NCBI GenBank assembly: GCA_045635825.1 | Contig: JAZTWM010000006.1 | Span: forward strand, 12,265-76,264 | Source: Candidatus Enterousia sp. | Lineage (GTDB): Bacteria > Pseudomonadota > Alphaproteobacteria > Rs-D84 | Length of the DNA: 64,000 nt | Direction: 5' to 3' | In this document: positions 29,125 to 38,728 of the stretch, piece by piece | Layout: each line of letters starts with the position of its first letter | How positions within the stretch are numbered: the first letter of the stretch is position 1 | Position numbers and translations under genes: made by a program | Notes under the pieces: model-generated | What the model was told of the DNA's origin: nothing | The model's input: the letters and a program-made list of their open reading frames with translations, nothing else | The model's database searches: none

Positions 29125-30832
29125 TGGTTGTCCAAGGTTCATCGTTCATTATTAGATAATATAGTGCAGGATTGTCAGAACCGGGGTTTCTTAGAATTGG
29201 GCGAACAACATATATGTCTACGTTGCAAGGGGTGTTGCCACCCTGCTCTTCTTTCAGGTCTTCGTGAAACTTTGATGCAAAATCCATTGCCTGCAAGTAT
29301 GCAGCATCATCGTCATTATCGCTGATTGAATCACCCATCCACATCAGCCACATACCATGGTTTACAACGTTTTCTTGACCTTCTAGGTCGTCGGCAGATA
29401 GTAATAATAATGGTGCAAATTCAACGCCACTGGTAAAGTCGCCTGTTTCAGTTTCGGTCCAGTCGTACATGCCACCAATAAACTTGATTGCACCGTATGC
29501 CAGACCACCGGCGGCCTCTAATTTTCCAAGCATAGCGGCATTTTTCATAGTGGAATGGAATAACCAATCTTTGGCTTGGTTGGCAAAACCGCTGGAACGG
29601 CCCATGCGTGCGGCCTTGGTAATAAGTTTGTTGCCTGTCATGGCGGATTTTGTTGCCCGGGCGGCACGTGCAACGATGTTGCCACGTTGTGCCAATTTTA
29701 ATGAACGCAATCCACGACGATAGGCATTTAATTCAGAAAATGTTTTTGTTGCGTCGCGATATTTTTTTACGTCGTTGGTTGCGTCTAGTGTTTTTACAGT
29801 GTCTTTGGCTTTGTCCAAATCCTTGGTCAAATCTGCAATTTTTGCGGCGTCTTTGGTCTTGTCTAGTTTATTGATTTTATTTGTTAGGTCTGCAACGTCA
29901 CGTGTGGCACGTGTCCATTTTATAACGTCATCAGATTTGCTGAGTGTTTTTATAGTACCGGTCAGACCTTTTAATGCACGTGATGCACGTGCGGCCTTGG
30001 TTGCCCCGGTTATGACAATGCCACCACCCATAGTTACAACGGTTATTACGATATCCAGTGCAATTTCCAGATATGTTATCCATTGCAGGTTTACATCACC
30101 TGCAATGTAATAGTCGTTAGAGTCGTCTTCCATATTGACGGTTCTTTCACTCATTACTTTGTTTATGATTAAATCGTCATCTGCCAATGCGGAACGTGCA
30201 GTGCATTTACCGCCATTGTCGTCTGCATTTGGATACAGTTCGTCAATATGGTCACGAATGTATTCAATTGCCAGGGTGTTATTTTTATCAGGCCCCACAA
30301 ATTCGTCCAATGCCCCATGTTCGACAATCATGATTGCGTACCATGCGGGTTCTGTATTTGTCCAAATCGCGGCATCATCTGGATCGCCCAGGCGTGGGTT
30401 TGGATTGTCGGTTGGCAGTCCGCGTTTTTCAGACAGCATTAATCGCTGTTTTAATAATTTTGGCTGTGTTTCATAGTTTACGATAATTTCACGTCCATTT
30501 GGAAATGTGTACATGATGGGCATGAACTTTATTGTTTCGCCTTCGGGAGTGTTAGCGATTTCAGGGCATGCCAGTACCGGACCTAGAACATCTTTTTGTG
30601 CAAATGTTTGATAAATCCATTGCTGAATTACGGTTTCGTGTTCCGTTTCGGCCGCAGGATCGGCGGTGCGTGCCAATGCGTCTGCAAATACTTTGGTTGC
30701 ACATGCCGTATCGTCGGGGCCACGTGTTGGGATTGTTGTGTCTATCAGGCGTGTGTTGGCCCCGTATACGGTGTGTGGTATAACCGCAGGGAACAATAAT
30801 AGGCAAAAGAATATAAAAATGTTTTTTAGCAT
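29117..30832 (-). CDS. Exported hypothetical protein with central hydrophobic helix and basic coiled region
   Basis: Signal peptide; EIALDIVITVVTMGGGIVITGATKAARA segment; 571 aa. Confidence 0.8.
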   Translation of the reverse strand: MLKNIFIFFCLLLFPAVIPHTVYGANTRLIDTTIPTRGPDDTACATKVFADALARTADPAAETEHETVIQQWIYQTFAQKDVLGPVLACPEIANTPEGETIKFMPIMYTFPNGREIIVNYETQPKLLKQRLMLSEKRGLPTDNPNPRLGDPDDAAIWTNTEPAWYAIMIVEHGALDEFVGPDKNNTLAIEYIRDHIDELYPNADDNGGKCTARSALADDDLIINKVMSERTVNMEDDSNDYYIAGDVNLQWITYLEIALDIVITVVTMGGGIVITGATKAARASRALKGLTGTIKTLSKSDDVIKWTRATRDVADLTNKINKLDKTKDAAKIADLTKDLDKAKDTVKTLDATNDVKKYRDATKTFSELNAYRRGLRSLKLAQRGNIVARAARATKSAMTGNKLITKAARMGRSSGFANQAKDWLFHSTMKNAAMLGKLEAAGGLAYGAIKFIGGMYDWTETETGDFTSGVEFAPLLLLSADDLEGQENVVNHGMWLMWMGDSISDNDDDAAYLQAMDFASKFHEDLKEEQGGNTPCNVDIYVVRPILRNPGSDNPALYYLIMNDEPWTTNE

Positions 30833-30899
30833 TATTATTCCCTGTAGTGTTTTTATTTGGTTGTGTATTGTGCCGCCTGTGCCCCCATAACGGTATCTG

Positions 30900-32732
30900 C
30901 TAGTTTACCTTTTTATTGTTGTTTGGGTTACTGTCGGTTTTGTCGTTAGGATCCGATGTTTTAAACAGTTTTTCGGTCCATTTTTTGATGTCGAATTGTT
31001 TAGAGTTTTTTGCAGCATCGTCTGCGGCATCTATGTCTTTTGCGGATTTGCCAACAGCGGCACCGGCGCGTTCTGCGAACTTTTTTACAGTACCAAGTTT
31101 TTTGCTGGCCTCTTCCATATTTTGTGCCCCTTTTACGGCGTCTAGTACTTCGGTATCTTCGTTGTTACCTTTGCCACCAGTGCCACATTCTTCGTCCATT
31201 TCCGCCAGTTGTGCTTCGATTTTTGCGATTGCATATTCATACATATCGGGTCCCAGATCAGGTTCCAGTGGTGCAGGTTCCGGCTGTGGTGTTGTTTGTT
31301 GTGCGGTTGGTGCGGGTGTTGTTTCAGGGATTATTTCCGCACAATAATCGGCCATTAACTGATAGCCATCGATGCAACCCCATTCGATACATTTTTTTTC
31401 TTCGTTCAATCCAAATATGTATATGGGCAGGTTTTTTTCTTCTTCGTTTGGACCTTTCCCATCACAATATTTTGGGGTGCATTTTTTTGTTTTTGAATCA
31501 TAATTAAATGATTCACCGCAGTCCCATTTCCAACATACTTTTGATGTATCTGGGACGTATCGAACGCTATCACCTAGGCCATTTGGTGGTGCAGATGTGC
31601 CAGAACACCAGCGTGTTGTACAACTTTCTGACCATGCGTCATCACTGACTAGGTCTTTAAAGAATCCAAGGATCCCGCCACTAGATTTTGAACGGCCACC
31701 CACTTGGCATTGGCGAACCATGGCCATTGCACCACCACCTTTTTTCTGACAGAACATATAATCGCCAATGCCACGTTTTACGTCGCCGGTGGTTGTATTG
31801 CAACACGTTTGTTTGTTTGTAACAGGGTCTGTCAAACAGTCGGTTTCCGAGAACATTTGCCATCCAACAGTGGCCGCACCAACAACTGCACCTGCACCAA
31901 GAGCGATCCATCCAGCTGGGCCAGATAGTGCTAAAACGGATGCAACCCCCATGCCGACCATTGCACCGCCTGCGGTTGACATTAGAAGGTCTTTGCCTGT
32001 GCGGGCACCTTCGCCCATATTAGCATCCCACCACATTTTAACACCGCCTACTACTGATAGTACGCCTAGACCTTTGCTTACAACTTTGCCCGCTGTACCT
32101 TTTAATATGTTTAATTTGCTATTTGTCTTGATTGGGTCTGGTTTTGGTGGTGGCATGTTGTTAAAGCCTTTGCCAGATACGAATTTTCCGTTCATATTTT
32201 TATAATTGACTATGCCACTTTTATGGACTTCACGATAGTATTGTTTGCCGTCTGTGTGGGTGAAAAGTTCGCGTGTAAAAACATTACCTTTGCTGCTGGT
32301 AATTGTGCCTGTTGGCAGTGGTTTTGGCGCCTTTGCCGCGGCGGTTGTTGTCTTGGCGGCTGTGCTGCTTGTCGAAGTTGATGCTGGTGTGGATGGTGAC
32401 GCAGTGGGGGTTGCAGCTGGTGCACCGTTTTTAGAGAAGTAAATAGATCCATTTTTTTTAGTAACGCTTATACCCTGTTTTTTTAGATTTCTTTGTAAGG
32501 CATCGTATTCTCCTGGGGTAAGTTGGTCAGTGGTATAGGCGGGCATACCCCCACCTTTTGTTTGCCAGTCGCTTAATATGCTGTCAAATGACTGGCCACC
32601 AAAACCCAATTTTGCTTTTGCTGCATCGAAGACGGGGGTGGCGGCATAAGATAATGATACTGTGCATATTAATAATGAAAATGCAACAAGGAATGTTTTT
32701 ATTTTTTTTAGAAAAAAAGTTTTTATAGACAT
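30900..32732 (-). CDS. Exported glycine-zipper / Cys-rich hypothetical protein
   Basis: Signal peptide; GGAMVGMGVASVLALSGPAGWIALGAGAVVGAA; Cys modules; start MSIK at 32732. Confidence 0.8.
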   Translation of the reverse strand: MSIKTFFLKKIKTFLVAFSLLICTVSLSYAATPVFDAAKAKLGFGGQSFDSILSDWQTKGGGMPAYTTDQLTPGEYDALQRNLKKQGISVTKKNGSIYFSKNGAPAATPTASPSTPASTSTSSTAAKTTTAAAKAPKPLPTGTITSSKGNVFTRELFTHTDGKQYYREVHKSGIVNYKNMNGKFVSGKGFNNMPPPKPDPIKTNSKLNILKGTAGKVVSKGLGVLSVVGGVKMWWDANMGEGARTGKDLLMSTAGGAMVGMGVASVLALSGPAGWIALGAGAVVGAATVGWQMFSETDCLTDPVTNKQTCCNTTTGDVKRGIGDYMFCQKKGGGAMAMVRQCQVGGRSKSSGGILGFFKDLVSDDAWSESCTTRWCSGTSAPPNGLGDSVRYVPDTSKVCWKWDCGESFNYDSKTKKCTPKYCDGKGPNEEEKNLPIYIFGLNEEKKCIEWGCIDGYQLMADYCAEIIPETTPAPTAQQTTPQPEPAPLEPDLGPDMYEYAIAKIEAQLAEMDEECGTGGKGNNEDTEVLDAVKGAQNMEEASKKLGTVKKFAERAGAAVGKSAKDIDAADDAAKNSKQFDIKKWTEKLFKTSDPNDKTDSNPNNNKKVN

Positions 32733-32734
32733 AA

Positions 32735-33628
32735 TCAATAACTTCCTGTGGTTTGGCATTGTTCAATTGGTGTGCCGGCGGCACGACATGCCTTTAATTT
32801 CGCCAGATCTTCACGTAATGTTTGGGTGGTTGTACCGTATTTGGCTTCGCACCATTCACGACGTTTGGCAGCAATGCGAATGCGACGGTCCAGATACGCC
32901 TCTTTGGATTCGATTGTGATGGTTTTAAATGCACTGGTGCCGGCGTATGGTTTATATCCTTCGGTGGCGTTGGCCTTGCGTTCTTCAAAGGAAAAGTCAG
33001 CCGCCACTTTTGGCATTTCATCTGTCGCAGTTGGTAATTTGTTTGCACCCGATTGTTCGCGCAGGGCCTCTAACTCTGCCCGGCGGGCGGCCATGTCTGC
33101 CTTCCAATTATCTTGTTGCTTGGGTTGGGTGGACGGAAGTGTTGATACAATCGCCTGGGTTGGTGTGTTTGTCTTTATGGATGTGTCTGGGAATGCAATA
33201 CGGGCATTTTTATCAAACCCAGTATTTTGTTTTACATAATTGTCAAATGCACCATCTAAGTATCCGGCACAAGATGTGGCATAGTTTGCCCCAGGCATTT
33301 GTGTCAATTGCATCATTAATGCAGGACGTATATCCTTTAATTTTGTGTCACGACAATTGTTACGCATTCCACATTGCTGGGCAATCAATTGGGCGGCAAT
33401 TTGGTTGCAGTCGCCAGATTTAGCGTCTGGACCATCGACGTATACCGGTGTTGGCATACGCTGATTATATGGCGAGTTTGGGTTCCAATATGGATTTGAT
33501 GAATAACTTTGTACGTTTTGAATGTTTCCATAATTGGAAAATGCAGATGGTGATGCATTGCATAAACCAGTATATGTGATAACACATATCATAAATAAAT
33601 GAAGTATATACTTGTGCTTAATTCTCAT
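32735..33628 (-). CDS. Exported hypothetical protein with the shared module near its C-terminus
   Basis: Signal peptide; DFSFEERKANATEGYKPYAGTSAF. Confidence 0.8.
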   Translation of the reverse strand: MRIKHKYILHLFMICVITYTGLCNASPSAFSNYGNIQNVQSYSSNPYWNPNSPYNQRMPTPVYVDGPDAKSGDCNQIAAQLIAQQCGMRNNCRDTKLKDIRPALMMQLTQMPGANYATSCAGYLDGAFDNYVKQNTGFDKNARIAFPDTSIKTNTPTQAIVSTLPSTQPKQQDNWKADMAARRAELEALREQSGANKLPTATDEMPKVAADFSFEERKANATEGYKPYAGTSAFKTITIESKEAYLDRRIRIAAKRREWCEAKYGTTTQTLREDLAKLKACRAAGTPIEQCQTTGSY

Positions 33629-33649
33629 TTCCAGGTCCCTGTAATGTGA

Positions 33650-34117
33650 TTATAGCAAAAACAGACCTGTCAGGAAAGATAAAAATCCCCCAATTAGAAA
33701 AAATGGTGCAAATGGTATATATTTTTGTTGATTAAATCGTGCCCATATTGCCCCAATCAGGCATGCGAATATTAGTGCCAGTCCCAATCCATTTGTCCCC
33801 AGCCATAATCCCCCAACACCAATTAACTTTATATCGCCCATACCAATTGGTGGGTATGGAATGTTTTTATTTTTGTGCAGTTTGTCAAATAATATGCCAA
33901 TAATTGTTGCCATAATGTATCCGAATGTTGCACCAATGACAGCATTTGATATGTCGGTTGGAAAACTGTAAAAAGTGGTTAATATCAGCCCAATCAGCAT
34001 AAGTGGAAACAGGTATGCGTCTGGGATTATACGACGACGCAGGTCGGCCCTGGATATCATTATGGCCAGCCAAATTGCAGTGGCAATTAATAGGCTAAAA
34101 AATATATTAAAAATCAT
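33650..34117 (-). CDS. A24-family prepilin peptidase (lacks the N-terminal Zn domain)
   Basis: D...RIIPD, GMGDIKL catalytic Asp motifs, IPFAPF; multi-TM. Confidence 0.88.
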   Translation of the reverse strand: MIFNIFFSLLIATAIWLAIMISRADLRRRIIPDAYLFPLMLIGLILTTFYSFPTDISNAVIGATFGYIMATIIGILFDKLHKNKNIPYPPIGMGDIKLIGVGGLWLGTNGLGLALIFACLIGAIWARFNQQKYIPFAPFFLIGGFLSFLTGLFLL

Positions 34118-34190
34118 GTTTTCCCCCTTGCCTTTCGAATCGGATGTGTGCTATGATATATCAGTAGTATTATAACAAGGATTCTGTAAT

Positions 34191-34778
34191 ATGAGCAAGG
34201 GTTGGGATAACACAGCACTAAAAAAATTAAAAGCATTGACTGGCAAGGGGTTGTCTACGTCCGAAATTGGTAAGCGGCTGGGGATGTCTAAGAATGCGAT
34301 TGTGGGTAAATTAAATCGTTTGGGCTGGAATGCCAAGGCGGGTGGTGCCAGTGTCGCCGGGGCAAGTGAAAAGAAAACCGCTGCAGTGTCAAAGAAGACC
34401 GAAGAAGTTGTGGAAAAACGTGCAACAAAAAAAGTAGCCACCAAGGCTGTAAAAGAAGAAAAAAAAGTTGTTGTGAAAAAAGTGGCGGCCAAGGCCGAAA
34501 CAAAGCCTGTAAAAGCCAAGGTAGAACCTAAGAAGGCAGAAGAAAAAACATCTGCACGTTCCACAAAGGTAAGCGCCAAGGATTTGGCAGTGCATCAGCG
34601 GATTGTTCAGCATTCTTTGGAAATGGCAAACTTGAAACCAAATCAATGTCGTTGGCCGATTGGTGATCCTGATTCTGAACATTTTCATTTTTGTGGCGAA
34701 ACAGTGTTTGTGGGTAAACCATATTGCTATGAGCATTGTAAGCAGGCGTATCAGTTTACACCGCCCAAGAAAAAATAG
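34191..34778 (+). CDS. gcrA: GcrA cell-cycle regulator
   Basis: N-terminal W......LK.L...GLS.SEIG..LG.SKNAIVGK..RLG; C-terminal CRWPIGDP...FHFCG...PYC.EH. Confidence 0.92.
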   Translation: MSKGWDNTALKKLKALTGKGLSTSEIGKRLGMSKNAIVGKLNRLGWNAKAGGASVAGASEKKTAAVSKKTEEVVEKRATKKVATKAVKEEKKVVVKKVAAKAETKPVKAKVEPKKAEEKTSARSTKVSAKDLAVHQRIVQHSLEMANLKPNQCRWPIGDPDSEHFHFCGETVFVGKPYCYEHCKQAYQFTPPKKK

Positions 34779-34802
34779 TTTTGTTGGTGGGGAATAAGAC
34801 GT

Positions 34803-37103
34803 ATGTCGATAGAGAGAGAGAATCTTAAGCAATCGTTAAAAGTTGTCGATTATGATATCGCAGGTAATCCTTTGCGTGCATACCAGGACGTGGATGGGCG
34901 TTTGGTGTTTGTCTTGGATTTGTTGATTGATGATATTAAGCCAAATGTGTTATTGGTAATTAGTCCTGAGGATAATCGCAAGTGGGATGATATAATTGCT
35001 AATGATTGGGGTGTGGATTTGGAAACTGTGCGTCCCAAGAAGGATAATAAATATCAAAAGTTAGATATAGAATATGCAGGGTTAGATAAATACTCTGATT
35101 TAATTCAGGCGTATTTGGGTAGAGGTGATGTTTCGGCCAGGTTGGCGGATTTGCAGGCGTTTCGTGTCAGTGTTGCAAAACATGTTGCAACAGAAAGGTT
35201 GGCTGCTGCTGAAAAGTTGGCAGGTCAGGCACGTGAAACGATTGAAAAAACAAACGATACAATTGCAACCCTGCAAGAAAAACTAAAAGGGTGGCGTGTA
35301 AAACTGCAGGAATATAAGTCGCAGATTGGGCGGGCACCTGGAAAACAGGTTGCGTCAAAGATTTTGCGGGCGGAATCGCAGATTGATGCGATTGGCGAGA
35401 AAATGGTTCGGGCAAAAAAAAGATTGGCCAGTGCCAAGAATCGCCTGGTAAATGCAGAAGATGATGCGGATATCGCACGTAACATATTAACCAGAATTCA
35501 GCAGATTGCGGGTCATGATGGACAAGATGCAATCGTAACAGATTTAACAACAATAAATAAAACAGGGGCAGAAAAAATGGCAGATAATGATATTAAACCA
35601 ATCTTGGATCAGGATCCAAATATATTAGATGAAGATATTGCGTTTAAGCCTATTGTATTTGATACGTCTGTGGCGCCGGTTGTGCCGTCTGCACCATCTG
35701 TGACGTCAAATGTGCCAAAGTTTAAGCCATTTGGTAATGATGTAGAAAAAACAGAAGAAGTGGTTTTTGCACCGGTTGTGGCGGATGTGCCAGTTGCACC
35801 GGCTGTGCCGGAAACACCTGTTGTGCCAGAGACGTTGGCCGCACCTGTTGTGTTTGATGTGCCAGAAGTTCAAGAGGTTCAAGCGCCTGTGATTGAGCCT
35901 GTTTCAGTTCCTGTTGCCCAAGAGGTGCATATGCCAGCACCATTGGTGGAACAGATGCCTGTGCCGGTTTTGGATAGTATTACAGCGGTTGGACCAGTGC
36001 TAGATCAGGCGGATTCAGAAGTGTTTGGTGGTGATGTGTTGTCACCAGAACTGTCAACATCAGTGGTGTCAGAAGTGCCGATGTCACCTGTGTTAGAGGC
36101 ACCAACTTTATCGCCAGTTGTGTCAGATGTGCCGGTGGCACCTGTGGTCCCTGCCCATGCGATGCCTGTTGTTAATGCACCAGCGTCAAGTGCACCTGTG
36201 GCACCGATGCCAGAGATATCAGCATCGCCGGTTGATGGCCCAGGAAGACCTGTGTCCCCTATTGCGGCACCGGTGGTTGCGGTTTCGGCATCAACCCCAC
36301 GTAAGCCCACCACATTATATTATGTGTTGTTGATGGTGTTGATTGCGTTGTCTATATTCACGTTGTGGATTTATCAAAAGTCTTCGAACCAGAATCTGCC
36401 GGAATTGGGTGCTTCTGTTCAGGCAGAAACACAAGAAGAAGTTGTTGTGCAGGATGGTCAGGATGCCAATTCACCATTCTTGGGTGGTGCAGAAGATGTG
36501 AAAGCCGAAAAGGTGTCTGAGCCAGTTCAGGTTGTTATGCCAGCCCCAGAAGTAAAACCTGTGGAAACAGAAAGTGTTGAGCTTGTCATGGATATTGTGC
36601 CAGAAGAAGTTCCTGCAACCCCAGCCGAGGCAGTTACTATTTCGCCATCTGTAGAGGTTGTGTCTGTGCCAGCAACCCCTGCACAAGAAGATGAGGTTAT
36701 AGAGCCACAACCTGTGGAAGAAAATCCTTTCTTGTCAGATGATACTGTGGTTGCACCTGCACAGAAGTCCATTGCTGAAATTATTGCCAGCAAGCCTGTG
36801 TATAATGTTGCACGTGACGATAAGAAATTTGTTGCAGATCCTGAATATGAAACAAGTGAAGAGGATGAAGAAACAGTAGAAGAAGTTGTAGAGAAAGAAG
36901 TACCAGTGGTCGATGTTGCGGAACCTGTTGTTACGGGTGTGACAGATGAAGTTGTGACAGAGGTTGTGCAGGATACATGTGCAGATGGAAACTTGCCAGA
37001 TGAGAATGGGTGTTGTTCTGGTGAAGAATCTGTTGATTTAGGTGGTGGTGAATTGGCGTGTTGTGTCGTCGGTACAGACGAATGTTTCCCACCAATGAAA
37101 TAA
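34803..37103 (+). CDS. Large membrane-anchored protein (coiled coil, Pro/Val/Glu-rich linkers, one TM, Cys-rich C-terminus)
   Basis: 766-aa ORF; TM LYYVLLMVLIALSIFTLWIY; terminator at about 37106-37134. Confidence 0.8.
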   Translation: MSIERENLKQSLKVVDYDIAGNPLRAYQDVDGRLVFVLDLLIDDIKPNVLLVISPEDNRKWDDIIANDWGVDLETVRPKKDNKYQKLDIEYAGLDKYSDLIQAYLGRGDVSARLADLQAFRVSVAKHVATERLAAAEKLAGQARETIEKTNDTIATLQEKLKGWRVKLQEYKSQIGRAPGKQVASKILRAESQIDAIGEKMVRAKKRLASAKNRLVNAEDDADIARNILTRIQQIAGHDGQDAIVTDLTTINKTGAEKMADNDIKPILDQDPNILDEDIAFKPIVFDTSVAPVVPSAPSVTSNVPKFKPFGNDVEKTEEVVFAPVVADVPVAPAVPETPVVPETLAAPVVFDVPEVQEVQAPVIEPVSVPVAQEVHMPAPLVEQMPVPVLDSITAVGPVLDQADSEVFGGDVLSPELSTSVVSEVPMSPVLEAPTLSPVVSDVPVAPVVPAHAMPVVNAPASSAPVAPMPEISASPVDGPGRPVSPIAAPVVAVSASTPRKPTTLYYVLLMVLIALSIFTLWIYQKSSNQNLPELGASVQAETQEEVVVQDGQDANSPFLGGAEDVKAEKVSEPVQVVMPAPEVKPVETESVELVMDIVPEEVPATPAEAVTISPSVEVVSVPATPAQEDEVIEPQPVEENPFLSDDTVVAPAQKSIAEIIASKPVYNVARDDKKFVADPEYETSEEDEETVEEVVEKEVPVVDVAEPVVTGVTDEVVTEVVQDTCADGNLPDENGCCSGEESVDLGGGELACCVVGTDECFPPMK

Positions 37104-37132
37104 AGAAAAGACCCGCAAATGCGGGTCTCTTT

Positions 37133-37612
37133 TTATCTGGTATGTTGACATACGGGATGTGTCAAAATGTGTTTTATCTGGCTAGGGATTAATAGACGCA
37201 GTGCAATTGAAGGTGTCCCATAGGTCGCGGAATTGTGATACACTGCCAGGACTTCGGATTGTGCCAATGCATCAGGTTTGCGGATATTTCCTTGTTTGTC
37301 TATGATGCCATTTGTGATGTCATCTTGGTATGCGTGTGCCAAATCCATAACAAGGCCCGGATTTATTTGTGTGGTATTGTCCGGACTGTATGGCAGATGG
37401 TATTTTTTGTGTATTGCGATATATCCAGGAAGCCTCTTGAACCCCAGACCCAGTTGTGGTTTGTATTCCTGGAACATGCCAGACATAACATAATCTTGGG
37501 CGGCCAAGGCACTGTTGTGGATGATGGTGTATTCTTTATTAAATAGTGTTGGGTTTAACTGTTGTAGGCACAGTTCCCGAATTTTGAAAATTGGTACTAA
37601 ATCCTGTTGCAT
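37133..37612 (-). CDS. Hypothetical protein
   Basis: SD GGGGA; 159 aa; ends CQHTR. Confidence 0.65.
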   Translation of the reverse strand: MQQDLVPIFKIRELCLQQLNPTLFNKEYTIIHNSALAAQDYVMSGMFQEYKPQLGLGFKRLPGYIAIHKKYHLPYSPDNTTQINPGLVMDLAHAYQDDITNGIIDKQGNIRKPDALAQSEVLAVYHNSATYGTPSIALRLLIPSQIKHILTHPVCQHTR

Positions 37613-37697
37613 TTCTTTCCCCGATTTTTAGTCTAAAATATACTAACATTGTGTGCATGCTTGTCAATAAAAAACACCCCGTATGGGGTGTGTTGGT

Positions 37698-38666
37698 TTA
37701 TCTGGCAACATCACCACGCAACTTTTCGTGATGAATATAGTCTTTTAGTTTGAAGCCACCATCTGCACGCCAGTTCAGCATTCCATTCCAGTTTGCGTCT
37801 GGGATTTCAACGGTTGGCAAAGGGTGCGGTTTACGTTGTAATTGTTCTGCGACCTGGGGCAGATGGTTTTGATAGATGTGTGCATCATGCAGTTCGCCTT
37901 TTAGGATTCCTGGTTTTAATCCTGCTTCTTTGGCGTACAGTAACAGCAATAGTGCATAACTGGCGATATTGTATGGGATGCCCAAGAACATATCGCATGA
38001 ACGTTGGGTCCATATCATATTTAATTTGCCGTCACGTACAATTAACTGGTGCATCATATGGCATGGTGGTAAAGCCATTTGCGGAAAGTCTGTTGGGTTC
38101 CATGCGGATACTATGATGCGGCGGTCATTTGGATTATTTTTTAGTTTATCTATTGCGTTTGCAACCTGGTCTATGCCCGGATTGTTTGGATTGAAGTTGT
38201 CGGTTGGGTTTTGTTCAATTCTGGATGTGTCCCATTGGTAATCACCGCCAAAGTGTCGCCACTGGAAACCGTAGATTGGTCCCAGATCACGTTCGCTGTC
38301 CATGATAGAATTGCGTAATATTTGTTTCTGTTCAGGGGTAAGTGGGGTGTTGTCCCATTCCAGCATGCCCTTTTTTAGTTTGTATTCTTGTTCAACTTTG
38401 ACCGGGTTTGCCCATTCGTTCCAGATTTTGCAATTTCTGTCTTGTAACCATTTTTTATCTGTGATTCCACGCAGAAAGAATTCCAGTTCAGTTGCGATAT
38501 TTTTTAGTCCCATTTGTTTTGTTGTGATTAATGGGAATCCGGTTTCCATGTCATGTACGAATGTTGCACCATGTCCCAGGCCTATGTCTGGGATTCCTGT
38601 ACGATTTTGTCGCAGGTCGCCACCACGTGTGTATATGTCGCCCAGAATATCCAAGTATGCTTTCAT
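37698..38666 (-). CDS. thyA: Thymidylate synthase
   Basis: FPLITTK, IWNEW, LGPIYGFQWR, MALPPCH, QRSCDMFLGIPYN, HIYQNH. Confidence 0.97.
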   Translation of the reverse strand: MKAYLDILGDIYTRGGDLRQNRTGIPDIGLGHGATFVHDMETGFPLITTKQMGLKNIATELEFFLRGITDKKWLQDRNCKIWNEWANPVKVEQEYKLKKGMLEWDNTPLTPEQKQILRNSIMDSERDLGPIYGFQWRHFGGDYQWDTSRIEQNPTDNFNPNNPGIDQVANAIDKLKNNPNDRRIIVSAWNPTDFPQMALPPCHMMHQLIVRDGKLNMIWTQRSCDMFLGIPYNIASYALLLLLYAKEAGLKPGILKGELHDAHIYQNHLPQVAEQLQRKPHPLPTVEIPDANWNGMLNWRADGGFKLKDYIHHEKLRGDVAR

Positions 38667-38728
38667 AATAATTTGCCTTTTATATTGTCATAAATAAACG
38701 CGCCAAAGGCGCGTTTATTCGGTGTTAG

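Noticed and set aside
27617-34117. Prophage lysis region (GH108 as endolysin)
   Set aside because: No holin, structural, terminase or integrase genes; the muramidase has a Sec signal and a module shared with other chromosomal genes.
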